From positions 19,096,001 through 19,160,000 of the forward strand of contig NC_043015.1 in the NCBI RefSeq assembly GCF_006345805.1: DNA of 64,000 nt, given 5' to 3'. Source of the stretch: Octopus sinensis. Lineage: Eukaryota. The translations under genes were made by a program, and so were the position numbers. Below are positions 1 to 12,998 of the stretch, one piece after another. Below the pieces are notes generated by a model, which was given only the letters and a program-made list of their open reading frames with translations, ran no database searches and was not told the origin of the DNA. Each line of letters begins with the position of its first letter. The first letter of the stretch is position 1.

Positions 1-254
1 TAACATTTTCTTGAGAATGTATATTTATGTTGTAATCTTTTGTGCCCAAAATTTTAAGGAACTTGTTAAACTTTCTTATGTTCTTAACATGTTCTTGTTA
101 CCAAAGACTGTATATATGTAATGTAGCATTTTGTAACAACCAATAATTAACGCAACCAAACTTTTACATGTTACTTTTGACAATCTTTTTCCAAAGTGTG
201 AAACCGGTAAAGTAAATAAACATCTTTTAAAATTGCATTTTCAAACCTTCTTTC

Positions 255-310
<56 letters not shown>

Positions 311-315
311 ATGTG

Positions 316-352
<37 letters not shown>

Positions 353-354
<2 letters not shown>

Positions 355-638
355 AGGCACATGGCCTAGTGGTTAGAGCAGCGGATTCGAGGTCGAGGGA
401 TCGCGGGTTCGAATTTCAGACTGGGCGATGTGTGTGTTTATGAGCGAAACACCTAAGCTCCATGCGGCTCTGGCGAACTTCTGCTGACTCTTTCGCCATA
501 ACTTTCTCTCACTCTTTCCTCCTGCATCTTGCAGCTCACCTGCGACGGACCGGCGTCCCGTCCAGGTGGAGAACCTATACGCCAAGGAAACCGGGAAACC
601 TGCCTTTATGAGGCGTGGCTCGAGAAGGAACAAACAAC
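353..638 (+). mobile_element. tRNA-derived SINE (family A)
   Basis: A-box TGGCCTAGTGG and B-box GGTTCGAAT; directly follows (GT)n; AAC-rich tail. Confidence 0.8.
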
Positions 639-1339
639 TGTCTCTTCTAAAGGATGAAACATATATATATATATATATCTATATCTGTATGAATATATGT
701 ATGTATGTGTGCGTGTGTCTGTGTGTAAACACGTACACACACATACATACGTATGTATTTGCATAGAGTTGTCTCAAAAATCTCACTTGTCGGCTTGTAG
801 ACTTTCTCATTAGTGCGATTGCGTTTGAGTCGATTTCTAATATTTTTTATGTATTTTACATATACAGAAATACAGTTTCGTCGTTTCCGTTGAAGCTTTT
901 CAGTTTACTTCATTATTGTTAAATTTTATTCCTTCAATAATAAGGTACGCCTCGCTCTAAGTAAAAGCATAAATTAATTTTGTTTATGTCATATTTTACT
1001 GAACATTAACACAACTGGATATTTATGAGTCCCAAAAGTTGATTTTTCTTTTAAAAAAAAGGCTATTACACCAATTGTAAAATACAAATAGTATGTCATT
1101 AGAAACGTAGAAAAAAATCAGTGGTTTTATAATCACCGGATCTTTAAAAATTTAATAATGATAAAGTATGGCAACATTGGAAAAAATATCTGTAGTTTTG
1201 GATAGAAGATAGTACCCAATGTTCCAGTTCTCATATGTCTAAGAATGTGTGTGTGTGTTGAGAAGCAGAAAGTCGTTATAATTTTGGATAATTATTTATT
1301 TAGCGTTTTCATCTCATTTCAGAGATTCAACTAGTGACA

Positions 1340-3330
1340 CGGTGTCATTTATGAGAACCGACTCATGTATCTGTTATAATGGTGTCTCTCGGGTGTTTAG
1401 ACAACATTTCTATACTAATTTGATTCAGCATGCCGCTATGTTGATCAATGAATGTTTTTTCTTTTTTTTGTTTTGTTTTTTTTTCCGTATACTCCCGCAA
1501 GTGTTTATGTAGCCTCTCAGCTAAACACTTAGAAGTCTCCCCAGTATAGAAGTTTCCCAATGTAGAATGTGTCCTGAAGAGAGCTTACCGACGCGCGTAA
1601 GTGCAATAATGTTGAGACCTGGCAATGCTTACTCGACCGCTTCAACGATGGGGGCTCTTTTGGAGAGAATAGTTACAGAATATTGGTCCATCACTTTGAG
1701 CCACAATCTAAAAGGCAAAGTATGGAATGAAAACACCCGGAATCGCCGCAGAAAAAGAGATACTAACCGTTTGGGGGGGGGTGCAAAAGGGCCTCTACTG
1801 GAATATTACCTGGAAAAGGGGTCTATAGTTAGCAGAGTAGGCTGTAGCGAAATGCTGGTCAACAAACTGAAACCAACAATTCGCTCCAGAACCCGAGGTC
1901 TACTGTCATAGTACATATAGCTGCACACACCGTTGAAACCATTGAAAAACTGAGTTTCGAGTAGCTAGAACACCCTGCATACTGACCAGATCTCGTCACG
2001 TCTGACTATCAGATGTTTAGACCGCTCAAACATCCTTTTCGGGGTTGACGATTTGCTACGGACGAAGATGAGCAGTGAGTGGTACATCAATGGCTGCACG
2101 ACCCATCATCTGCAGATGGTATTTTGATATACTAGCATTACATAGAACTTTTTTTTCTTTCTATTTTGCTAGATGATAGAAAATTCTGGTTTTGCTTCTG
2201 AAGTTGTTGGTATAGTCAAATTCTTTAGATGTCAAACGTTTACTGTATTCATTCAATAAAGTCAGGAGATTTCTCATTACCTTTGTTTATCGTTGTCTAG
2301 TTTTTAATAATAGTTATTGTTTTCTAGCATTTTAAGTAAAGTTCTTTATACCATCCATCATAGTAACAACACTACCTTTATCGGCTTCTTTAACTGTAAT
2401 TTAAGTGTCTTCTGTAGATTAATTAATTTTTTTTTTCATTCTTGCTTAGAGAAAGTTGACTTTATATTACTATTTTCTTTCAGTTGAAAAGAAAAATTAA
2501 TAAAGTGTTCACAGAAAGTATCAAGGGCTTTATTCTTGTCTTTCTTCAGGCAGAATCTACTTTTACGCTTTGCTAGTGATTCATCGTCATTATTATTTCT
2601 CTTTCCAAAAGGGTTCGGCTAGTATAAGTTTTCAATAGAATTCTATGATATTATATTTTCATTTCAAGGAAGTTGGACTTTCGGTGAGTGGGTGTAAGTT
2701 TTTACTGCTCATTCAATATTGGTATTTTGCTCAAAGTAATTACTGGTGCGAATGTGCCTGTATAAAATTTTTTTTGGATTTCATGTCCATGCTTTCTGTG
2801 GTTCTGATGATTTCTATTACGTAGTTGTTTCTTGTAGTTTTCAAGAGATTTGAATTGTTGGTATAATTGATTATTTGTGTATCATTTTTGACTGTTTTCT
2901 TTCCATTCCTATTGTTTCTATTTGTTTTGAAATGGTCCAGTTTTGCTTTGGGCCTTTGGTATTTCGTAAATTTTCTTTATGAAAGGGTTGTCTGAGTTGT
3001 ATTTTCTCTTAAACTCCTCTCCACAATGTTAGAATCCAGTTATTGTTTTTCCCTCTCATCATCGGAGCACACAAGTTCTATATTTTCACAGTCTCCTTTC
3101 CAGAGGTTCAAAATGTTTAATAAGGGTAGCCCTTCTGCCTTTTTGTTATAATCTTCCATTTGTAGCTCACTTTCTTTTTTTTATTTGTTTTCATTAATCT
3201 TTGTTCTTAATTTTAGAAGTCGCACTTCTATATCTATTCTATTTAAAGAGATTTGCTCCCTTAGTTGTTCTCTGTTGCTCTGACACCCCAGTTATTATTT
3301 TTATTTGTTGTTTACGAAGTAAAATTAGTG
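1340..3330 (-). mobile_element. Degenerate Penelope-like element (PLE1), interrupted by a mariner fragment
   Basis: Minus strand gives GIY-YIG-like FYTGETSKCLAERLHKH (1363-1560) and the RT N-terminal motif ITVKEADKGSVVTMMD (~2360-2400). Confidence 0.7.
1640..2125 (+). mobile_element. Mariner transposase fragment nested in PLE1
   Basis: LERIVT..WVHHFEP, KGPLLEYYLEKG, KLKPTIRSRTRGLLS and LEHPAY*PDLVTSDY motifs with frameshifts. Confidence 0.8.
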
Positions 3331-3869
3331 GGGTTGTATTCAATCATTTCTCATAAATGTCGACATTGTAGTAATTGTTTATCAGGTTCCAATAGGTGAT
3401 ATTTTCTAGCCACTGGTTGCTAATTTTTTCCTCTGTGTATATCATTGTGAATACACACTTACGCGTGCACACACACACACACATACACACACGCACATAC
3501 ACACACGCACGCACGCACACACACGCACACACACATACACACATACACACGATAATCGTATTTATTATTCCTATCTCAATCAGTTATTGTTTAAATCTTG
3601 TTTCCCTTTTTTAGCAATATCTCAGAAAACCCACGGTCCCGATTTACACAGCTTAAATTTGAGCGGTAACAATCTGCCGTATAGTTAGGGGCAACTGTAT
3701 ATATATAGAAGCTCTCTTCAAACAGAAACTGCACTTCCAAAACAGCGCACCAATCAGCCAATACAGCATATTCACCACCGAATCGCTGTGTATGAGTGAT
3801 CAAAATCTTTAATCTAATAAAAGCTACAGCTCGCCTTGTCAGTTAGTCATTGATCAATATATGCTAGAC

Positions 3870-4225
3870 TGAGCGTTTGTTTAGTGTATTTGTTGCAAGT
3901 TACAGTTCAATAAAGGATTTGAAAAAATGATGTTCGTATGAAATTCCGTTGCAAATTGGAAAAATTTGCACCCTGACTGCTGACCGACGACCAAAACAGA
4001 GAACTGAATCGTTATCATCCAGAAGCTGCTTGATCGTTGGAATGCTGATGAAAACTTTCTGAAAAGAGCCATAATGATTGACGAAACACGGTGTCGAAAC
4101 AAAATGCTTGTCGACAAAGTGGCTTAGATCATAATCACTGCGACCAAAAAAATCATCTCAGAGAAGCTCACATTTGATGATGATTTTGTTGGTCTATTTT
4201 GACTGAGTTCAGGGTCACTATTGTT
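3870..4225 (+). mobile_element. Mariner transposase fragment
   Basis: Degenerate P.LLTDDQ, DET and RPKK motifs of the mariner catalytic-domain start. Confidence 0.55.
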
Positions 4226-4770
4226 CTCAATCACTCTCTCCAAGTCTGGTGATCAGTGCCAGCATGTGCATTGAAGTCTCTTTGTTTGGCAAATGATTCG
4301 GTCTTAACTACATCAAAGGCTGCCATGACTTCGCCAAGGAAGGATTTGTATTTGGACTCGCTGTTTCGTTCACATTCTTGTAACAGCTACAGCTGTTCTT
4401 CCTTCAACCTAAAGTTCAGGAGGCAATCTCTCTCATTTAGTGAGATCCCTTCCAAAACACAATCCAGCAGCCTGGGACTTGTGAGTACCTACACTCTCGC
4501 CTGTACAGTTGGCACCATACCAGAGTAGTCGAATTTCTACTCTCCATCCAAATCTGCGGCACCAGAGCCACGGAAACCTATAACGTAGACACCGACTATA
4601 TCTATCCGATAGCGTTTGGCTTCCTCCACTAGGTTGGATAATATCCATAGTCACAATTCGTTATGCTTGGGTGTCCAGCAGGAAAGTGAAGCGATGGTCT
4701 CTTCTGATAGGACCCTATCGAGAAAGTACCTGAAGATCCTTACCCCATGACCCTCCCAGGAATAGTGAAA
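4200..4770 (-). mobile_element. RTE-type LINE 5' fragment (APE endonuclease)
   Basis: Minus translation LVEEAKRYRIDIVG...LTSPRLLDCVLE...RDFNAHAGTD matches the APE GDFNAH motif and RTE-like context. Confidence 0.7.
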
Positions 4771-5289
4771 CCAAAATCTACTCTCGATTAAGATGAGTTT
4801 AGACGCCAAGAAATATTTTTATTTAATGTAACGTGTGCATGCATAACAGTTGTAATTACAGATTGCGTGTTTTTTTAATCCATTGGTGAATGCATTTAGA
4901 GTAAGATATAAGCTATTCGAATAGAGTTTTCAGTCTGGTTTCAATATACTGTCGCAATTATTTCACCTCCTCTACACCGTTAAATTTCCTAGAGTACAAG
5001 AAAAGTACATTTGCTATTTTCTTCTCTTTTGAAGCCAATAAAAATGGCCACATGGCTGATGCATAATTCTGATTATGAATGTTCAAGCAATTGGCTCCAT
5101 TTGTTGGGTCAGCGACAATATTACAAATAAATTTATTATACTGCAAGAGTGTTAGTCGCCAACAGCGATTGAATGGAATGTCAACCATAGCATTTGCATT
5201 ATAATTGCACATGCAAATATTTCGTGGAAAAACTGGAATGTCGCCCTAAAATGAACATTGGTATATCGGAGACATTTCCCGATGATTAG

Positions 5290-5985
5290 GAAGATGAGTC
5301 AAAATTTTTCAAAAGACTGATTACACAGGATGAAACCTGGGTCCATCACGATGATCCAGAGACCAAAGCCCAGTCAATGCAGTGGAAGCACCGTGACTCA
5401 CCTCCTCCAAAGAAGGCAAGGGTGCAGCCCTCCGCTGGCAAGGTCATGCTCACAGTCTTCTAGGACTAGGACGGAGTAGTGATGACAGATTTCCTGGCAA
5501 AGGGTACCACAATTACAGGAGCCTATTATGCTTCACTTTTGAGGAAATTAAGAGAAGCTATCAAAATCAAGAGGCGGGGCAAGATCAGCAAAGGCATCCT
5601 CCTCCTGCAGGACAACGCTCCGGTCCACAACTCGCGTGTCGCCAGATCAGAAGCACAGGCGTGCGGATATGAACTCCTCCCCCATCCCCCCTACTCTCCT
5701 GACCTTGCACCCTCTGATTTTCACCTCTTTCCAGCCATGAAGTTGCTCTTGAAAGGAAAGCGTTTCCCAGATAATGCAGCCTTGATTTCTGAAGTCACAT
5801 CGTGGTTGGAGGACCAAGCTGGGGTCTTCTACAAAAACGGTCTCCAGAGCTGCATCAAACGATGGGAGAAATGCGTAACTCTGAGTGGTTCCTATGTAGA
5901 AAAAGACTAATAACTGTGCCAAGTTTCGTTGCTCTACTGCTATGGGAAGTGGGTCAGGGGCATTACTTATTGAACGACCCTCGTA
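5290..5985 (+). mobile_element. 5'-truncated mariner (DD34D) with right TIR
   Basis: ITQDETWVHH...QDNAPVH-x-YSPDLAPSDFHLF with 34 residues between the 2nd and 3rd D; TIR ttacttattgaacgaccctcg followed by TA. Confidence 0.92.
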
Positions 5986-7799
5986 TATACACTAAACATT
6001 AATTTTATATTTCAAATAAATACTTTAATGTCAAGAAAGAATGTACTCTGTAGAATTGTAGTGTAAATCCATTTTCTGTGGAGTATAATACGTCACAAAA
6101 CGTACTGTACCCCCCACCTCACTCTCTCGCTTTGTCTTGAAAGAAAGAGAGAGAGAATGAAGAATTAATTCTCATAGAGAACATTAATAGCCAGAGTCGT
6201 AGAGGAATTAGACAAACCGATATATCAGTGACGTATGTTGACATCAGTAATATATCGTATTTGGTAGGTGAGAAACTCAAGTGCTCTAAAATCTATACCA
6301 CCCAGATGAAAACAGGGATCCCTCTAAAGCACTTATCGTAGAAATATAAAATTAAGCGGTGGGACTATTTACTTCGACTCTGATCTAACTATACTGAAAT
6401 TGGCTCCGCTAACTTGAAAGAACGATATTCAATGATGCCTACCAGACCAGGAGACTTGAATCCATGATTCATGAACAATTTATCTGAAATTGTAACTATT
6501 AGGATATATTTGTTATAGAATTGCTGATAGAGAGACGAAATTTCCTGATTGTAATTTAATTCCTACAGGAGCTTTGTTTTGAAGCTAGGCAAGGAATTAT
6601 AATTTCCTTTACCGAGTTGAGTAAAATGCAAAAAACTTGCGTTAGGCAAAAATAAAGATTTTCTACTTACCTGTTGGCATTACAGAAACCAGAATTGTTA
6701 CCATTGTTGTAAAGCCTTTAGTATGAAGAAGCCTTAGAGGTAAAGCAGCTCAATCAATATTGGATAGTAACTTCATGTGTCATAACTTCAGTGATGTTAA
6801 GCAACGCAGCAAGTGGTACATTATAGCTCAAGACAAAACACTTGACTCTACACTGTTTCTTTTATCTAGATACTGGAGAAAGGTACGGAATCGCTTATGA
6901 ATGCGAACAAGGAATGACAGAGTCTTCGGTTTTCAATCATACAATATGGATTTTCTTTGTCGATGAGATGGTTGTTATAGTTATCCTTTTATCTTGTTTC
7001 ACTCTATAAACTTATAGAAATTATTGCACTAATATTATCAGCTGTTGTATAAGTGTGTACATATTCAGATGCTTGTATATTGTTTATATGCATTTTTTCG
7101 TTATTGAATTAAAATCATTAATACATAGATTCCTATCCTCGTGATATAATTCTCAATAAGTCTGGCTTATGTACTCAAGAGAGAAATCATACAGATTTGC
7201 AACTACAAACGAACTTAAATGCTTACATATAGGTAGATATTTTTCTTTTCTTTTATTATTTCAATTCTCCCTATAAAAAAAAAGATCTTTTTTACAAACA
7301 AAGAAACAAGACCCCGGCCCTGGAATTTAATTAACACAACAGTGTACAGTTTACATGCTGCACTTTAGCGAAGTCTTGCATATTACTACTACTGTTAGAT
7401 TGTTTTAACAAGTCATTTTCTTCGTTTGAAATCCTCGACTTTTGGAGAATTCTACTTGGACCTTTACTAATAGAGTGAACTTCACCAATAGTTATAATAG
7501 GATAGAGAAGTTAAAGCTTTTTTTTCATGCCATACATTTGTGAAGAATGGCATCGTTGACTAAAACTTACCGTGTCAATCATTGGTTCACTGCATAGTAG
7601 GAAAGGAAATGCGCAAAACAGTTCAAGCCTTCAACTGTACATCATTTTTCTTTTCTCTTCCAAACAACTGTATCAGGACTGTTGTGATTGTAGAAGGTTT
7701 GATGGGAACATTCCATCAATATTCCTTTTCTCTAAATACATATTTGTACTCAATGACAACTCTCAACAAGTAACATAAGTAATTTACATATTTATCCTA

Positions 7800-7975
7800 G
7801 AGCAGTCTTTCCAACGGATGCATTACACTGGTTCTTGGTGGTCAGTCTTTTTGTTCATGGTGCTGACTGTCTGCCCTCCTATCTCAAAGACAAAGCAAAC
7901 AGGAGTATTTGGTGTATCCCCCTTGAAGACGGAGTAGAAGAGCAATAACTTTTAAATCACCACAAATGAGAAAAG
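7800..7975 (-). mobile_element. Chapaev-like (CMC) transposase fragment
   Basis: Minus strand ICGDLKVIALLLRLQGGYTKYSCLLCL*DRRA..H; family assignment from recall of the motif. Confidence 0.6.
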
Positions 7976-9039
7976 TAGGTTTTGCATATAGAAAAGTGGA
8001 TGCGAATAATTTTAGCCATGAGTGATCTGCATGAATGACGTAGGAAAAAAATTCATAATGAAGTTGAAGTTACCTCTTAGCAGCAGAAATAAAATTTTAA
8101 AATGTATGGCATTCTTTGGTGACCCTTAAAGGAAAAAAGAAGATAATTTATAAAAATTAAAATTAATCTTAACTTATCACTTTTTAGTTTCTTGAAATTA
8201 TTTCCCTTTTTCTTATTGCTGCTAAACAAGGCATTTCAGTTCATTAAGATTGTTTATGTACTCCGTCAATATATCAAATTTATATTTCTCCAAATAAATT
8301 GGTTTAAGTTACTTCACTATGTGAACTATTGCTATTAAACATCTTTGTAAAGACCTCTTTATCTAAATCAAGTTCATACTTCACTATGCTTTGCTGACAA
8401 GGTTCAATAAGAGAAAAACACGACCTTTTTCCCTTTTTTTTCTTCAACTAACAAAGAAATTTCAATTCATTAAAAATTATTTGTGGTGCCATTCAGTACT
8501 TAATTCATTCAATTGTTTTTTTCATTTATTTCCCATAGCAAAATTTTGTTTACTTTACATCAGCGCGTGTCGAAACTACATGGTTTAATTTCTTGTGTCG
8601 TCACTATCCTTGCAACCATTTATTGTCAGACAAGTTTTCTTTACTATAATTAAGTATTATGTACAAATACAACTCCTTGTTGAAAAAATGTAAATATTGT
8701 ATAATCAACGAGTTTTTGTTAGCTTGTAATATTGCGTCGAGTTCCTCGCATGGGCTACGCAGAATTTGTATTACATCATGTCAACGTACAAAACGAATTG
8801 AATGAACCAACAAAACATTTATGTCTTTCTTGATTATCATTGTTTTCACGAGTTAATCAGGCCTATTGAATTATGCATTGTATCTGTTTATGCATTACGT
8901 TAATTTCTTTAAATGAGGCACAGATTTTACGATGACAAAGTTTCGCAAACTCTTCGGTACTGGTTCAGCACTGTTGACTCTATCAAATTATAGAGAACGT
9001 TAAGTGGGATGTTATAACATTTATTTTATTTTCTACTCT

Positions 9040-9178
9040 AGGAATAAGGCCCGCAATTTTGGGGTAGGGACCAGTCGATTAGATCGACCCCAGTACGCAA
9101 CTGGTACTTAGTTTATCGACCCCGAAGTCGACCTCGGCGGTATTTGAACTTAGAACATAAAGACAGACGAATAGCATT
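9040..9178 (-). mobile_element. SINE fragment (Nin/Deu-like central domain)
   Basis: Reverse of gtcgac...cggggtcgataaactaagtaccag; a related fragment lies at ~33390-33520. Confidence 0.6.
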
Positions 9179-9523
9179 TATATTTCCTCGAAAACATATA
9201 CGATATGTTGTAAAATGATAATGACTAAAACCATGAATGGAAGCGTGATCGTGAACTCAACCCACGCAGAAGCTTATTTTCTGTAAGAGCTGAATATAAG
9301 CAAAATATAACAAGATTATCTGTTTTTAAATCTTAACAGAACATCGAGCATATAACCAAGAGAAATCCTGTAAATCTTGATTTAAGCATTGATTCTCCTT
9401 TCTAAGAAATACTTGTTTAGCCATAGGGTTGCCAATTTAGCTTATTTTATGCTAGATCTAGCATTTTTTTTTCAGCATTTAGCAGAACATTTTTGAATCT
9501 AGCATTTAGCAGGGGAAATAGTA

Positions 9524-10775
9524 TTGGGTTGGCAACTAAGCTCCCGCCGTATTTTTTTTTAAATTTTGGAATTTATTGCGTTTTAAAATTTTGGAATCTA
9601 TCATTTTCGAGAATTCTATTTTTGAATAATTTTGGAATCTATTTTGATTTTTTTATAGCAATTTTAGTTAATTTTTGTTTTTCAGACCATTAAAATGGAA
9701 AGTCAAGTTAAGTAAAATGAGCATTTTTGACACCTCCTTTTTGCTTTTACTCAAGATTCTAAGGCCACAAAAGCTGTTTGCGACATTTGTGCTGTGTATG
9801 GAGAGGGTGCCATAGCTGAAAGAACCGCTCGTGATTGGTATGCCAAGTTAAAAAATGGATATTTTTGACCTCTAAGACGTACCTCGTTCTGGCCGTCCAG
9901 TTGAGTTCGATGAAGAGCGATTAAACCAACTTTTGCGCGTAATTCTCATCAAACGACAAGGGAACTGGCAGAGAAATTGGAAATCTTTCACACTGCTATA
10001 GAGAAGCATCTTCACTCGATGGGAAAGGTTCAGAAGTGTGGAGCATGGGTTCCACATGCTTTAAGTGACAACAACAAATATCAACGAGCCACAATTGCCG
10101 CTGGTGTGCTTGCTCGTCACCGCTCAACTCATGGACACAAGCAACGATTTCTTTACCGAATCGTTACTGGCGACGACAAATGCCTGTACATGAATACGAA
10201 GCAGCATAAGGAATGGCTTACCCCCGGTAACAAGCGACACTGCGCGTGAAACAAGATCTTCATCTACGTAAAATGATGTTGTGCGTATGGTGGGACTGGG
10301 AATTACGAATTGCTTGAACGGAACCTAACGGTCAACGTAGAACTCTATGTTCAACAGATGGAACTACTCACCTCAGCTATTCAAGAGAAAGGATCTAATC
10401 AGCAGCATGGAGTTCTTCTGCTGCACGACAACGCCCGCCCTCATATCGCCAATATGACCAAGGAAGCCATTCAAACGCATGATTCAAACGTACTCTCCTG
10501 ATTTGGCACCAACGGATTTCCACCTCTTTCGATCTCTTTCAAATGCTATGCGCAGAGTATTGTTCAATACTGATGCAGAATTGAGAGCTTGGGTGGATCA
10601 ATTTTTCGACTAGAAATCGGGTGATTTCTACCAACGAGGTATTGAAAATTTTCTTGAACGTTAGGAAGTTTTAAACAAGGGTGAAAACATCATTAATTAA
10701 TTAGTTGCTATTTTTTATTAAACCTTTAAAAAAATTTAAATTGAAAAAACGGCGGGAACTTAGTTGCCAACCTAA
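9524..10775 (+). mobile_element. Full-length degenerate mariner (~1.25 kb)
   Basis: TIRs ttgggttggcaactaagctcccgccg / cggcgggaacttagttgccaacctaa with TA on both sides; WVPHAL, RIVTGDDK and LLLHDNARPH motifs; many stops. Confidence 0.92.
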
Positions 10776-12599
10776 TAGGTTTACAATTCTGTTTAGCATT
10801 TTTTTAGCATTTTCATCTGATGATGGCATTTCCACAATAGTTATCCTTTTTTTCTTCTTTTTCCTCCTTTTCTAATTTCGTTAAATTTTAGTACTATTGG
10901 CTATTGTTGAATTTTTCTTTCACTTTCATGAAACTTCAAATGAAAGTTTATCAAAAGGAAGTTTATCAAGTTATGAACTTTTCCAGCAACCCGGCCCCTA
11001 CTACCTCCGTTTGGATACATAGTGGTGCTTGAGGTGGGGGAAGATAATTCATGTCAGCACCTGAATTCACTATGAAAGCATGGAAATTCGTCCTAACAAT
11101 GCTTTATTCTGTAGTGATGAGTTCTTATCACGACAGGTTGACTGATTTACTTTCAGTTTTAAAATAGGCTTGTGCTTTTTCAAGCTTGTTTTGGATTTAT
11201 GGATTATATCTCTATTATAGAAGTACAGGGGTGGCGGTGTCTCCCCCTTATATTTTTTCTAATTTTTTTTTCAAGTATTGTAGTTGTATTTGTAGTTTTA
11301 CCAATAGATACTAAAAATAAGATTGGAAGTGAAATATGGTGTTCCCAGATTTATATCAGAACACAGTTTTAGGATTTCTGCAGATTTTACTTTTCTATTT
11401 ATAAGTTGGGCCACCCTGCATTCTGAATCAGTATTCTTCACCTCAAGAATTTGTAAGCAGCAAACATAAGAATTGTTAATGGCGAATGAAAGAATTGTTC
11501 GCGGCAAACTGATAAGTTGTATTTTCAATTTTATATTTTCATCAATCATTCAATTTATTTTCTTGCTTCCCACTACATTATAATGAACAAAGAAGAAACG
11601 AAGTTGCACCAACAAAAATTCCGAAAGGAATGGCTTAAGACGCCAGCATTTACTAAGTACCTAGTGTGAAGTACCTAGTGACCAATCTAAAGCACATTGC
11701 AGATATTGTAGATGTAATATGTTAGCAAAATATTCCCTTTTAGTAAGCCACTGTGAAGCAAAGAAACATAAGGCATCAACTCTACAGCAAATTATTCCTC
11801 TTATCAATTTTATTAAAACCAAAAATGATAAGACATCTATGCTTGATGCAAATTTAGCAATGTTTATTTGTTGCCACTCATCATTTAATAACTGTGATCA
11901 CTTAATAGAGTTACGTAAGAATTATATGTTTGATAGTGATATTATATCCAAAGTGAAGTTGCATCGTACAAAATGTGCAAATATTGTGAGAAATCTTCTA
12001 GCACCATATTTTGATGGAGATTTGATTTCTGATATAGGAGATAGAAAATTTAGCCTGTTATTAGATGAATCCAATGATATCGATAAACAAGTTGTTAGGA
12101 ATTGTTATCATATATTACAGTGACACTCACAAAAATGTGGTTCATACATATTTCAGTATGGTATCTTTAGAAACATATGATGCAGATGGAAGTGTAGATG
12201 CCTTAAAAACTGAATTAGCGTAAAAGAAATTAGATATAAAGTATTTACTGGGTATACGAACTAACAATGCTAGAGCAATGACAGGAGTCAACAATGGTGT
12301 TTTCCAGAAATTAAAAGAAGTTCCATCTCTATTTAGATGTGTATGTCATTCTTTACAGTTGGCAGTATACCACACTTGTGCTGAATGTCTGCCCATAAAT
12401 TTAAAATTTTTAGTATCCCAAACCTATAAATGGTTCTCTCATTCTTCAACAAGGCGAAGTCCCTACAAAAAACTTTACCTTGCTATCAATGAGAAAGAGC
12501 CTTTGAAGATTGTGAATTCTTGCACAACTAGGTGGCTGTCAATAGAACCAGCTGTAAATAGAATTTTAAGCCAATAATTTGAACTGCAAACTCACTTCC

Positions 12600-12998
12600 A
12601 GTAGTGACTGTGTGGTAAATAGCTTGCTACGAACCACATGGTTCCGGGTTCAGTCCCACTGCGTGGCACCTTGCGCAAGTGTCTTCTACTATAGCCTCGG
12701 GCCGACCAAAGCCTCGTGAGTGGATTTGGTAGACGGAAACTGAAAGAAGCCCGTCGTATATATATATGTGTATATATGTGTGTGTGTGTATGTGTGTGTA
12801 TATGTTTGTCTCCCAACATCGCTTGACAACCGATGCTAGTGTATTTACGCCCCCGTAACTTAGTAGTTCGGCAAGAGACCGATAAAATAAGTACTAGGCT
12901 TACAAAGAATAAGTCCTGGGGTCGATTTCTTCGACTAAAGGCGGTGCTCCAGCATGCTCGCAGTCAAATAATTGAAACAAGTAAAAGAGTAAAAGAGT
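12600..12998 (+). mobile_element. tRNA-derived SINE (family B) inserted in the hAT ORF
   Basis: gtggtaa..ggttccgggttcagtccc head, internal (TA/TG)n, GTAAAAGA tail repeats, TTCCA target duplication. Confidence 0.9.

Noticed and set aside
353-430. tRNA genes at SINE heads (also 12600, 15640, 48520, 61765)
   Set aside because: A/B boxes are present, but they continue into SINE bodies and tails with no complete cloverleaf.
7801-7974. Apparent signal-peptide exon on the plus strand (AVFPTDALHWFLVVSLFVHGADCLP / MHYTGSWWSVFLFMVLTVC) with good splice sites
   Set aside because: Both frames hit stops before the strong donor, and the minus strand reads as a Chapaev-like transposase (ICGDLKVIALLL..GYTKY.C.LC).
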